Positions 45,872-58,960 of a stretch of 64,000 bases of DNA are shown here, in pieces. The translations under genes and the position numbers were made by a program. The stretch spans positions 403,697 to 467,696 of the forward strand of contig ML996699.1 in the NCBI GenBank assembly GCA_010356995.1. The letters are read 5' to 3'. This DNA comes from Trichodelitschia bisporula (taxonomy: Eukaryota). Each line of letters starts with the position of its first letter. Position 1 is the stretch's first letter. The notes under the pieces are model-generated. The model had not been told where the DNA came from and did no database searches. It worked only from the letters and a program-made list of their open reading frames with translations.

Positions 45872-48800
45872 GGGGCCTTGGAGGGGAGGGGAGCGGGTAA
45901 CGGGGGGCGGGGGGTGGAGTCTGGAGCGAGGGGGTAGGAGACACGCCGATGGCGAACGAGGGGGATAGAGACACGACGATGACGAACAGGGCCGTTCACG
46001 AGACTAGCGAGCAACGCAATGGGAGCGGGTAGTTCGCACGCCAGTGGGCCTCGCTGGGTGGTGGGAAGGTGAGTGTTGGCGTTGGGAACAACGGGCGGGT
46101 CTTGCGCTGGCGTTGGCGTCGACCTTCGTGTCTTTTGAGTTTTTATTTTTCGCCCTCGCCCTCGCCTGCCCGCGACCGCTTGCCTTGCCTTGTCTGTTGG
46201 CCTTACCTTATGCCGCGGGCGGGCACTGAATGCTAGCCCTGAGCATGGAGGCGCCGTGTCCCGGCTGGCATGGACATGCCTGGCCATTTTGGCCTTCGCA
46301 GCGGCGCGGCGTGGGGATGACGGAGGGCGAGCCCGGGGATGTGCGTTGTCGTACTTCGTATGCGGCGACACGGGGGGCTACGAGCCGGACCGCAGGTTGC
46401 GAAGTACCCAGGCGGATATCGGGGGCAGGCGATGACGAGGTACCTGGGGCTTTGCTTTGGGGGGACGGGGGAGGGGAATGGGGGGAGAAGGGCAAAGCAG
46501 GAAGGGCAAGGCATGAAGCGGACGGGGATGGGTTACCGGAGACTCAATGCCTTGCTACGTGCCCCTGGCGGAGAGAGCTTCGGCGTGAGTGACGGGTGGA
46601 GGGGGACGGAATGCTGAGGAAGACGAGTACCAGGTACTATTGATGTACGGTGCTGGAGGCATGGCCTTCTGTTTCCGGAGCGGAAGCTGCCAGCGAGCCT
46701 TACTGCAGCTTGGCCAACACCTCATGGAGGGGAGGGGGAGGGGGGCGGGGAGCAGGGGGATATGGTGGGGGAGGTATGTAGTCGGACCTGGGGAGGAGTG
46801 GGGAGTGAGGGGAAACGGACGCACTAGCTATGAGAGGAGACGTAAAAGATAGAGAAATGAAGGATTCGCGGCTGAGGAGTGATGTGGAGTTTCCAATTGC
46901 CGCGTGAGTAGCAACATATCAGCCGAAGACATGCAAGGAAAAAGCAATTGGTCTTCGTCCTCAACGACAGCTGGTGGGGGAGGTGGTTAGCTCGTTCCTC
47001 GTTGTCTCTGGGGGCAAAGACGATTGAACCCCGCTTCGATGCGTGTCATGACGATAGGGTAGGCCTATGGGAGGACCGGAAGCGGAGAGGAAGAGGATCG
47101 CGCGGCGGAGGGAGGCTAGTGGCTAAGTGGCCTTTGATCCTGCTGAAAGAGTACCTTGACCTCTTGACATTCGCATTTTGTGCGGGAAAAGAAAAGAAAA
47201 AGCCCTCGGAGATGGCAGATACTACCCTCCCTCTCGTCCTCTTTCGCTGACTGCCTTAGGAGGCACGCATCGTTCCCTCCTGACCTTTGGGTTTTTCGCA
47301 GTGAGAGCGCCGTTTCGGCTGTAATACGTTGACGATGACTCTAGTTTTTGCCTCGGACATCAGCGAGGCAGAAATGGCCGGATTCGCTGGCTAGCTTGCT
47401 TTCCCACACGGGGTCTTGGCTGGGGTTGAAGACATCGAGCTACATCTTCCAGTCGGATACCGAAGCTCCACTAGTCAGTTCAGGCGTGCAGCAAACAAGC
47501 AGCCGGGACGGCCGACAGTAGTGCTGCAGCTACAATTTGGGAATTTGGGAGCGAGCAGAGGTGAAGAGTGGATGCGGAGGGGGAGGGGGGGAGGGTACGG
47601 CATCGGGATGGAGTGCTTGACTCGCTTCGTACATACATCCATTCCTGCGGGGTGGGGAGAAACGGCGCAGAGGGAATGAGGGAACAAGGTACGTACATAC
47701 ATATACATTCACCTGGGCACTTCTGCTTTGTTGCTTTTGTACGGAACGATCCCTCGATCCATCTGCCTTTTTTACTGGTCAACACAGGGCTGCTTTGGTC
47801 TATTCCGCGCTAAAATATCCCGACGCCGAGCCCGAAAGTACCGCGCGTGCGCCGTGCAGCATGCCTGATAGTCGGTCACCGCCCATAGGCCTGGTCGTAA
47901 CCGAAGCGACGGCACTTTGTGGCTCTGATTAATTTTTTTCCGGCCCACAGTGCAGGCCCGACCAGCCAGCCAGCCTTGTTGACGAGCCTTGCGGGGTCTA
48001 CACAAAACAGTGCGATGAGCGCAACCGTCCACGCGGGTCGCAGCCCCGGAGCAATATTTCGTAGGTCCCTTGCGTTGCCGACGACATATCCTCGGCAGAG
48101 GATTATCAGTGTTTCGCCCTTTATTTTTGCCACTCCCACTGTGGAGTTGGAGGGAGAGTCCAGAAACAGTGCGGCTTGTTGCGGTGACGAAAATGGGAGT
48201 ATTAGGACGGATGAGCCATGCTCTGTCAGCTCCTTCGTGAGGGGGCCTCCGATCAGCAGACCTAAGTTGATGCCATCCACTCCGACAAAAGCGAGACGAC
48301 GATTATTGGACACAATGGTCGCCTAGCAGGATCGTCTGGTCACCAGAGTACGGGTGAATACATCCCTGGACAGTTGAGAGACAGCCGACCCAACACCCCC
48401 GTCTAGAGCAGCTTTTGGCGCGATGAAAACAAAAAGGACTGGTAATCGGCCGTCGACAATCGACAATCGACAAGGCTGGGGATGAAGGCGGTAAGCCTAA
48501 TCAAGAAAACGGAAGCAACAGCGGCGTAAACAACACGCATCTTGGCGGGAAATGCGCTCCTTGCTTTCTTCGGAGTCCGGCTGCGAACCCATCGAGGCGT
48601 CATGCTCGCCTTTCTACGCCTTCTCCGCCACGAAGCATGGACAGCTCCATCATCGGCCAGCTGGGAGCAAATCTGAGCGAAATAACAGCTCTTCAGAGGC
48701 CCCACGATCGAGAGCAAGAGAAGACGGGCCACAGAGGCCAGTCGTGGATAATCAGGAGCGGGTGGCGCGAAACGAGGGTCAGAGAACCATACAGCCCGCA

Positions 48801-51800
48801 ATGGATGGGATCTCCAACAGACAGGCGTTTCCGTGCGAGAGGGTTGCACACTGCGGACCAGGCCAGCGGGCCAGGGGAGGAGGCGCCTCGGACTCGACCC
48901 CAGGCAAATGGCAGACGCTAGTACAACAGAAGTCGTCCTGATATCATGGTTCATGCAGGCTCAACTAGGCTAGCGGCTTTCCCGTCCAGGGCTGTGGTGA
49001 TCCCGCGTTCCTGACTCCAGCCTGCAGGGCGCGCGAACAGCAAAAGCTGCAGCCTCGCAGGCAACATGCCGTTCTGGTGATGGCATGGCCCAGTGAAGAG
49101 CTCAAACGTGGTTTCGAAGAGGCGTCTGGAGGGATCCATGGGAACCGGGACCTGAAAGTAATCGGCTGGCGGGTTTTCGCGGTGCATGACGGCGACGGCC
49201 CCTTCTCGGTTCTGATGCACATGCTATTCCTTTCTTTGGCGACAGGCCTGGGTCTCTCGAGCCACGGATTGATTGACTTTTTGGAAGGGGGGCTGGTAAA
49301 CAAAGAAGAGTTCGCGCTGAGCTGCACGAGATGCGCCCCGCTTGCCTCGCAGCCTTACAAGGAGCGCCAAACGAGGCCCGTCCCGCGCGATTCTCTTCGG
49401 CTTCGGGGAGACCCGAGACACGGGAAGCCACCTGGGAAGGTAGATGACGCTAGGGGTAGAGTGGCGAAACTGGGGGGAATTGCAGGTTGTCCGGATTCAA
49501 AGGCGGTTGTAGTAGTTGAGATGAGGTGGAAGTGTTTGAGCTTCATCGACGTCCGGGTTGCTAAGCGCCGGGAGCTCCTGGCAAAAGCGCCCCCCTTTTA
49601 CGAACCACCCGGAAGAGCACGGGCCAACGGAGACGCAATCACGATGATCCGCCCAGGGCGCTTCGACGACTTCGCGGCATCTTTGCTGTCTTTCTCTTTG
49701 TGTCTCTGTCTCTCTCTTGACCTGTGTCTTTACCTCGGCCTTCTGTTGTCTTGAAACAATGGAATTGGGGGGGTCTCGTCTGCTTCCCGAGCGCGTAATT
49801 TTTTTGAGACCCCGCAGTTTCGGACGAGACGGAGCATTTGGAACGAGGTGCCAAAAAAAACCGTTGGCTATCACGCGCCGTCGAGGTAAACAGCCACTCT
49901 CTGCTCGTCTGGATTGACATCAGGGATTCCTCATCAGCCCTGGTCACGTGTTGGGCACCAAAAGTCGAGTACCGTAAGAATCTCGGCGCCACTCGGATCA
50001 CTACAGCCAACTCTCCGCTTCAGAGACGTATCTCCTCACCTGGAACCCATTCCTAGGAGATTGATACCAGCAGTAAACGTTGAGATGTCATTGTCATGCG
50101 GCTCTTCTGGGTTAAAGTTCCCAAGGTCGTCTGTTGACATGCAGTATCAAAACCGTCTCAGCCAATCACCTTGGGCGATCTTGCAGCACTAACGCACTTG
50201 ATTGGTCTGCTTCGTCAGCCTGAAGGCGGCACGGTCGAATCCGTATGCTGTTTCATCAGAATGAAGCTGTTTACCATTCCTGGTGCTATCGCCTTTGCTT
50301 ACCTGGTGACAGGCCAAGGTGTTGGGACGGCCCACAGCGTCCTGCTGTCGCCCGACATGCCACCGTTCGAGCAGCCACAGAACTGGCAATGCATACCAAC
50401 AATGTCGTTCCAGTCTCCATCGAGTAATCACTGACACAACGTTCTGTTGAGTGCCGACAAGTCGATGTGCGGCGGGCGTCATTCCGCTTCCGTCTGCAGA
50501 CGGTTGATACCTGAAGGCTCACGCCAGTCCGGGATCCCGGTTACAACTAACGGTTTCAGAACACAGCAGTCTGCTTCCCGAGAACGAAGCATAAAACACC
50601 ACGAGTGGGGATATTAATGCGCGGTGATTGACAGCTGCCTCGCATCCCGCACAGCAGGCCGTGCTCTTGTCTGCGGTACGACGCGCATACGACTTCTTGA
50701 CCAACGCAGGGCGTAACCATTCTCCATGCCTACCGCAAAACGCGGAATCCCGTGTGCAGTTTCTCTGCTACAGGCCACGTCAAGCGCGCATCGTCAACGC
50801 ACAGGAAGTATGTCGCAGCAGCACGTAGTCTCTCTCACCCGTCCAGCCCCGGTTCCACGGCATCTGCAGCACGATATCGTCCTGGTGACACGACGCCCGC
50901 GGCCCCAAACTGACCCAACAGTTCCCCACCGCGCCACCAGGCCTTGCATATGTGCTCGCATGGTGCGCCCGCATAGCCAGTCACCAACACATCTCAACTT
51001 AACCAGTCAATTTCTCGCTTTTCCCGCTCGTCCAATCCCCTCCCGCAGCTATCCGCCTTTTCGCCCAAAATTCAACTGCATGCTCACCGCGCATATCAGC
51101 TCGCGGCCGTAGGGTTCGCAGCGGGCCGACGCCGTGGTGATCCCTCGGGGGTCCGGCGGGTGGTGGCGGGGATTGGCTTGCAAGGGAGTGCGTGTCATTG
51201 TGGACTGATGGCTTTGCTGACTGCGGGTTTTAGCCCACTGCGTAGCTTAGTGACGCGGGTCGAGGGAAGCTGAGGCCGGCCCAGTGCCGTTGAAGGGCGA
51301 ACCGGGGTGCCGGCTGCACACGGTGTGTTGGTTCTTTTTTTTTCGTTTCATGCAGGCGCTCACGCTCAACGTGGCATGGGCTTTTGCGCTTTGTGGGGTG
51401 ATGGGTATCCGCGCATCGGCGGCGGGGGTGGGGGCTGGGATGGCCGAGGGGGAGCTTGATGTGTGCCGTGTTTCCGTCGGTGGGTTTGTAGATTGTGGTG
51501 GAGGAGCAGCCTGACGTGCTGTGTTTACCTAGGTGAGTTTTGTAGGTCAGAGTGGAGGGACGGTGATCTTGAGTAGGAGGGTAGCTTTCTATGCGCTACC
51601 GTAGTAGTCATGTTCCTTTGTAGCGTCTTTGGCAGTCTGAGCCTTTGTCCTAACCTCACCATGGTTCTGCCTGCCATTTCGATGGCGACTGATGTGAACT
51701 GAGGAAGGAGCATTGGTATTCCTGAAAGGAACATTCTTACCTGAGGAAGTGGCATAACCTTATGGCAAGATCAGAAGGAACCCCGGGTGAGCTCGGAAGG

Positions 51801-52376
51801 AGGATATGTGGCCTGGCCTCTCATCTTTCCTGTTCTTTGATCTTTCGTCTTACTCTCAATCATGCGCTCGTCTTTGGCATACGTGCTGTGATGATGCTCC
51901 TATTAGCAACGAAGCCGCATACTCACCTCTGATTCAACCTGCATTTGTGCGAGCTACGAGTCGCCCCTTTCACCTTCTACTGAGCATTGTCTGGCCCCCA
52001 TGGCTCTCCTTGTGTCGTGAGAGGACGACGTTTATCTTTGTCGTTGAGAGCCTTTACTGTGGACGATGACAGAGGCTCCGGCGCCTTTCTCGAGGGCTTA
52101 CCACGTTAGCAACACTGCCAAATTGTACGAAGTCAACCCGTCATCTGAGGCCGCCATTCCCACCGTATCACCGCGTAGTTCACGATACACAATGAGCGCA
52201 AGAAGATGAGCAAAAGTGGTAAGACCTTCTATGCTATTCATGTCTATCGCGAACTACCTATGCGCAGTCCGCCCAAAAAGAGCAACCCAAACTCCAAATC
52301 AAAGTCAATCCTAAAAATGCCGTTACCTCATCCCCATTGGCTCAATACCATTTTTGCTCTCTCCCTTCAGCCACCC

Positions 52377-55300
52377 TCAAATCACACTCTCAATCGTCCC
52401 ATCATCAAAATCCAGCGTCATCTCACCATCCGCCCCGGGTACACCCTCACACCTCACCCGCACCTCAAGCATCACATTGGGATCCGTCGCCGTATAGTCC
52501 ACACGATCGGCCATCGCATCTGTCCACCCCACCGTGGGGACCACACCCCCCACCTCCGTACCGCCAATCATGAAAACTGCCCTACACCCCGCCAGTATCC
52601 TCGTCTGCCTCGTCCCGCACCCACCCTATACTGCGCCCCAGAACATAGCGTCAGGGCCTGCAAAACACTCCACTCAGCCCCGACATCACTCGAAGCGACC
52701 CGTGTCAGACGCGAACCGCCGGGCGTGTGCTGGCCTGCATCCTCGGGGGCAGAGAATGTGATGGTGGGAGACGCAGTCGCAAAACCCCACCCCAGCGGCT
52801 CGCTGTTGGCATCACTCAACTCAAACTCGCCATTGACAATGAGGTTGCCGATGTTGGCGCATGAGGCGGCAACTTGGGCTTCCGTCGCGGACTTGTTCGC
52901 CGGGCGGAGGCTGGTCAGGGCGGCGATGGCGGCAGTGTTGTTGACCGGAGCGGAGGGTGGTGAGGGTGAAGGTGAGGCTGAGGGAGTGGGAAGTGTAAGG
53001 AGGCTGAGGGGGGAGGTTGAAGTGCACATACAATCCGGCGACCCGCTCGTGTACGCAATCTGCGTTACTACGGACACGGATGTCACGGTTACGCACATGG
53101 ACTCGCTGGGCGCGAAGGGCGGGGACCCGGATGGGAGCCCGGAGGCCGGGCACGGGACCGTGCCAGTCGGGAACATCGGGACGGGGGCTGTTACGGGCGC
53201 AGTTCCGGTACCGAGTGGCGCTGTGTTGTTAATCCCCGGGAATGAAGGAGGAGAGGCAGTCCCGCTCCTGTTGCCGCTTTCGGCCGAGACGGTACCGGTG
53301 GGCCGGGGCGTGCTGGCGTTGAATGGCGGGTACGGCGCGGTGCCCGTGCCGAGAGGTGTGCTGATATTGAAGCCCAGGGCCGACGGTGGGGATGCAGTCC
53401 GGCTCCTGTTGCCGGTCTCGGTGCTTGGGGCCGTGCTATTCGCCGGCGTCAGGGCGGTGCCCGTCGGCCCGGGTGTGCTGGCGTTTAATGGTGGGGAGGG
53501 GAAGCCGGACGGCGCGGGGGCAGTGCCCGTTCCAAATGGGCTAATGAAGTTCATTGACGGTACCGGCAGACCGGACGAGGGGGCGCTAGGCGGTGCGGTC
53601 CCGGTGCCAGCCGGAAGCGTGCTGTTGGCGCTCGGGTACGGCGCAGTTCCCGTCCCCAGCGGAACAGTCCCGTTGATCCCGGGTGACGAGGACGGGCCCT
53701 CGGGCGGACTCCCGTGCCGCTCCGATTCCCGCTCATGGAGCTGGGCACCGCGTTATTCGCTGGCGTTGAGCCATTCGTCAGCGTGGGGAGGAAGCCCGAG
53801 CTTGGGCCTGTGCCGGTGGGGGCGGGGAAGGTGACGTTCGTCCCTGGCGGGGTTTCAACCGGCGGACTGGCTGTCCCGGAGCGGTTTTCCCCGGTTGAGC
53901 TTGGTGAGGTGCCATTTAATGGGGCGGGGAGGCTGGCGCTTGGTCCAGGGGCTGTGCCGGACGGGAAGGTGATGTTGTACTCTTGGGTGTAGGTGTCGGC
54001 TGGCGGACTGGCTGTCCCGGAGCGGTTCTCGCCTGTTGAGCTCGGTGTGGTGGTGCCGTTGGTGAGAGTGGACGGACCGGTGCCTGTAGGGCCGGTGCTG
54101 GTGCCGTTGAGTGGAGATGGTGGAGAGCCGATCCCGCTGGGAGCCGGGCTGGTGCTGTTGAGTGAGGGGACTTCGGACGAGCCAGTTTCAACGGGTAAGC
54201 TGGTGGTGTTCAGGGGCGGGAGAGATGTCGCAGCCGTAGCGTTTAGGCTAGGGGTACTCGTGCTGTTACCTGTAGGCAGAACGCCTCCCATCCCCGTAGC
54301 TCCGTTCGTAGCACCGGAAATAACTGACGTCATCGTTGTGACGCTGATGCTGTTGATAGCCGTGACATTGCCCGTGGGCAGCACGCTGCCCGTGCCCGTG
54401 GCTTCGCTAGCCGATCCGCTCGTCGCCGGCGACAAGCTGAACGTAACTTCGGAAACGTTGAACGAGACGCTGAACGGTGGGAACACGCCGCCGGTCCCGG
54501 TGTTCCCGCTCGTTACTCCGCTTGTGACGCTGGTGACGATGATGGTTTCTGTGGTCACGTTGATCGAGGCCACGGTGGTGTTCGGGGATGGCAAGATCAC
54601 GCCGGATGGGGCGCTCGAGAGCGTGGCTTCGATGGCGGAGGTGTTGAGGAAGTAAGTCGTCGATGAAGGGATTCCGGATTGCGGGAGCACGCCGCCTGTG
54701 CCTGTCGCGCCGCCGGTGGGCCCGCTTGATAGTGCGGTGCCGATGGACACAGAGGTCGAGTTGAAAACGAGCGTGCTAACGGTAGGGAATACGCCGCCCG
54801 TCCCCGTCCCGCCGCCTGTCTCGCCGCTCGACTCTGCCGTCCCAACCGACACAGAGGCTGAATTGAAAACGAGCACGCTGACAGTAGGAGATGCCCCGCG
54901 GGTCCCGAGGTCGGGGGTGCTCGCGCTCGTGGCGCTGGATTCGATGACGGTCACGTTGCTCGTGGGGAACACGCCGCCGGTGCCGGTCGCCCCGCTTGTT
55001 TCGCCGCTGGTGATGGATGTAGTCGCGTTGATGGACGTGCTGTTTAGGACGAGGGTGCTCTCGCTGGGCGAAGGAGGGAGTACACCGCCGGTGCCGGTTG
55101 CCCCGCTTGTTGGGCCGCTGGTGATGGATGTGGTCTCGATGACGGACGTGCTGTTGAGGACTAGGGTGCTTTCGCTGGGCGAAGGAGGAAGTACGCCCCC
55201 GGTGCCGGTTTGCCCGCTTGTGGCGCCTGAGAACACGGTACAGACGGCCGTGAAGAGAACCCCACTCACAGTCGTAGACGCCGGCACGGCCGGGCCGACG

Positions 55301-56715
55301 CCGTCACCGGCATCATTCGAGCCATTACCGGAGCCACCGATCTCGAGCGTGGTCTGCCAAATAATCGTCGCAGACGTGATGTACTCGATCGCCTAGGTTG
55401 AATACCAGGAGCAGGTCAAAGTCCAGCTCCGCTGGCCGTCCGACGCGGCGGGGTACGTCGACGTGATGCAGCTGCTGTAGCCCGACATATTACCGACGAC
55501 CAAGGGCGGCGGTGTGATGAGCGTTATGCCGCTCGTAACGCTCGCCACCGCACTCGAACTCTCGGCGGGACTCCCGGTGCGGTTCTGGAAGGTCGAGTTA
55601 CTGTTGCCCTGCACGTCATGCAGGATGGCGCTGTCGATGCCGGGTGCCTGGATGAGATGCGCCTGCAGCGCCTGGCTGTAGAGCGTGCAGGTTGTCAGGT
55701 CGAAGGAGTACCCCTTGCACAGCGGGCCCATGAATTGGTTGCCGGCGGCGGAACAGGCGGCCATGCAGTCGCCTAGTGTGGAGGCGGAGAGGGTGGACCG
55801 CGAGGTTTCGCTGACGAACTGCGTGTCGCAGTAGATGGCGTAGTTGAAAATTTAGGCGCCCACGATGACGGTTTGCGTGGGTTGATCTGCGTCCGGGCAT
55901 GTGTAGTTGAAGCCTAGGGGTGTGATGTTGGTGGGTGAGCCCGGGAAGGAGGACGGGACGGGAGCCATGCTGGACATGGTTGAGCTTTGGTTGACTACTG
56001 AGACCTCTCGGACGAAACCGGCCCTGGTTATGGTCTACAACATAATAAGAACTGGACAGCATGATGCATGCGTAACTTACAAAAGGAACGTCCGTAACAG
56101 TGCTTGTAGTGGTGTAGGACGGTCCCAGGTCAAGGCACTCGCAGGCACTTGATACAAAGGCGACGATGGACGGAGGGATGTCAGCAGTGGACTGCTCGAG
56201 TACTGCTTCGTCAAGGATCTTGACGGAGTCGACAATGTTGGCTGCACGTCGGAGTAACGGTGGAGAGGTAGGCTCAGGTGCTCTCTTGACGAGTAGATTC
56301 GGGACGGAAACAGTTGACGTGACGGTGGCAGTGATTCGAGACACAAATTGAATGACTGTGGTGGTGGTGGTGGCAGTGATGTCGGTAATTATTCTGCTAT
56401 TATTAGAACCACATCGGCACAATAACGGAGGGTTTACATGGTGGGAGTGGTGTAAGTCGTGATCGTTGCGTTAGGGGTCTGGTTTACTTCTGCGCACAAT
56501 TGCACGTTGCTAGGCTCCTGCTGGACTGCGTTATACCAGCCGTCATCAACACAGACGAGCTGCCTCTTCAGCAAGCCATAGTCCTCAAGGCGTCGGCGAA
56601 GGTTAAATCCTCTCTTTTGATTGGAGTCGACCCCTTGGTATGCTACTCGGGCATCGGCCACCGGTAACGACAGTAGAGAGAGGGAAACCCAAAGCGAGGA
56701 ACGAACGAGATGCAT
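52377..56715 (-). pseudogene. Disrupted gene for a large secreted protein: Cys-rich/PAN-apple-like region, Ser/Thr/Pro/Gly mucin-like repeats, C-terminal CBM-like domain
   Basis: Signal peptide from ATG 56715; introns 56437-56394 and 56080-56035; in-frame TAA 55854-55852 and TAG 55395-55393; 1-nt frameshifts near 53712 and 52615; C-terminal GNLIVNGEFE...LDFDD. Confidence 0.8.
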
Positions 56716-57658
56716 GACTCCAGAGCTCAACGATTGGAAGCTCTGTCAAGACCAAAAAACGACGGACGAGTGCTTGCTGAAAAGGAGCCATCTCAGCGAG
56801 GAGACTGGTTATATGTGTCTCCATCTCCATCGGGAAGTCGGGAGAAGCGCGGAGTGACCAGCCATCACCATGCCTTGCAGCACCACGGCTGGAGTTTCGG
56901 TTCTCATTTCCCTTCGTTCGTCACCCAATTCGACATCTACGCGGTCGACCGGAAAACCTTGCGTGGTCAACCTCCATGATTTCTTTGGAGGGCATCTTTT
57001 TCTCAGTGGGGGTGAATGTGTTCAGGCTGGAGAGGGAGGCGGGTGCCCAATCAGGAGGCCCTTGCATGTTCAGCCTTGCGGGGGTTGCGGGCTGTACATT
57101 CCTGACGACCCCTCCCAAGGGACTGAACAGGAAAGATAATGGACATTCATGTTAGACGCGTCTTTTCGCGTCGCGCGTCGAAGGTCGTCGTACACAAGGG
57201 CAGGCAGTCTTGGAAAGGGGGACTGTGGAGCTAGGGGCTAGACGACGAAGTCGGAGACGAACGGGGTGTTGTAGTTTTGAAGGACGCGGTCATTGATGAA
57301 AACTCGGATGCATCGTATCACAATTTATTTTCAATGAGATAGTCTCTGGACAGCTTTCAGCTTGTATCAATATCACGCAGATAAGAGGTGTAGGGGAGAT
57401 GTATTGGACTGGTCATTGACTCTCCTGCGACCTGGTTGCTGGAATTCATCGGCAGGCAAGTCGGCACGAGGAATGCTGCAAGTAAGCGCATTGCATCTGC
57501 GCGGGGAGAATGCCGTTGTGGGCGCGAAGTTGGAAATTCTAGCCAGAAGGGTTGGGTTTTAGAGAAGCAGGAGAGCGAGAGATGAGTGCTGAGGAATGGG
57601 AGGTGAGTTCAAAGAGTGACAAAGACGTCAAAAGGTTCGGAAGTGAGGGGTTGAAGAT

Positions 57659-57778
57659 GGGCGGAGTTGGGTGGAGCTGGGCGGAATTGGGTGGAGCTGG
57701 GCGGAGTTGGGTGGAGCTGGGCGGAGTTGGGTGGAGCTGGGCGGAGTTGGGTGGAGCTTGGCGGAACCGGGTGGAGCT
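57659..57778. repeat. 20-bp minisatellite x6 (GGGCGGAGTTGGGTGGAGCT)
   Basis: Directly visible; 10-bp sub-periodicity with GGG every 10 nt. Confidence 0.95.
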
Positions 57779-58145
57779 CTGGGGAGATGGGCTTGGAACT
57801 TTCCTTGCCAAGACCCTGATTTCCTGCACGGCAACGGAAAGCGACGCACCTCAACCCTTAGTCACCTCCTTCCCGCATTCCATCTCATCAGCGTTTGCGC
57901 GCATGATAAAGCTTCATCTCGATATCTTTCTGCCTTGGAAGGCGTGAAGCTTCCGCTGCTTCTGTGCCAGTCCATTCCCTCAGGAGCTATCCTCTCTACC
58001 AGATGCACACTGTCGACAAACTTCCACACCCAGCTCCTAGCTGACATTCCTCCCTTTCACATTCCACCACCCATATTGCTCTTTGGAATTGCCAGCCAAC
58101 TACCAACTCTCCTCTCCTTTACTACTCGCATTCCACACTAACACC

Positions 58146-58739
58146 ATGGGGGCTTGCGCATCGTGCCTGGGGTACCCCCGGTTCTCGACATCATCCGTTC
58201 GTGATCTCTAACTGTGCAACAGAGTCGAAGCTGACCCCTTCGCTCAGGCCGAGACATCTCCTTTGATCACCGACCTCGCCCAGCAGTACGGCACCGTCGA
58301 AGGAGGCCAGCACAACGCGCCAGACGTCGACCCTGCGGAGATCCGCCGCCAGCGCGATCTTCTGGAACGCTTGTGCGCCGAGACTCAAGAGTGCGTGCTG
58401 TCTTTGCTTCCTTGCAGCTTGTGTGCGCGATGTGGAAACTGATTGACACTCTGTAGCAACCTGATCGATGCCGCACAGGTGTCTAACCCCGGCTCCGGCC
58501 TCGGTATGTCGGAGCTCGAGCGTTTGTTCCGGAAGCACTTTGGCGGTCGGCCCGACACTACCGCGGATATTGCACCGGAAGAAGATGCGCCCCCGCCTCC
58601 GAGCCCCCAGGCCTGGCTCCAAGACGTCAAGGCCACTTTGAAGGATGACCTAGTCACATGGGGCAATGAGGGCGTCGGGCCTTTAGTCATGACTTTCGAC
58701 AACGTTTTCAACCAGAGTGGCAAGTCCCGAGAGGTTTGA
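58146..58739 (+). CDS. Ego1/Meh1/LAMTOR1-like vacuolar membrane anchor (may extend to 59013 via a further exon)
   Basis: N-terminal MGACASCLG (myristoylation Gly plus palmitoylatable Cys), dileucine-like ETSPLI, helix EIRRQRDLLERLCAETQDNLID. Introns 58172-58222 and 58391-58456. Confidence 0.8.
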
Positions 58740-58839
58740 GCATCTATGATGTCCTTGCTCACTCTCTATTTGGTGATCAGTGGACGAGGATACGGGACTG
58801 GACGGAACAACGACGACACTACACTCACTCAACGTTCCG

Positions 58840-58960
58840 CAAGGGCCGGTCGGAGACGAAAACACCAAAAGATCGGAAGGGCCAGCCGGAGATGAAAGCA
58901 CCGAAAGATCGGAAAGGCCGGTCGCCGATGAAAGCATCAACATCTCGGAAGGACCGGCCA
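58840..58960 (+). repeat. 36-bp tandem repeat, ~3.3 copies (GAAGGGCCAGCCGGAGATGAAAGCACCGAAAGATCG-like)
   Basis: Visible; translates as QGPVGDENTKRS EGPAGDESTERS ERPVADESINIS EGPA. Confidence 0.85.

Noticed and set aside
45193..46371. ORFs spanning the N run
   Set aside because: Artefacts of translating through the assembly gap.
52206..55396. Long plus-strand ORFs (542, 220 and 232 aa)
   Set aside because: Antisense shadows of the GC-rich Ser/Thr/Pro repeat gene on the minus strand.
57659..58960. CRISPR-like arrays
   Set aside because: The repeats are head-to-tail without unique spacers, and the DNA is eukaryotic.
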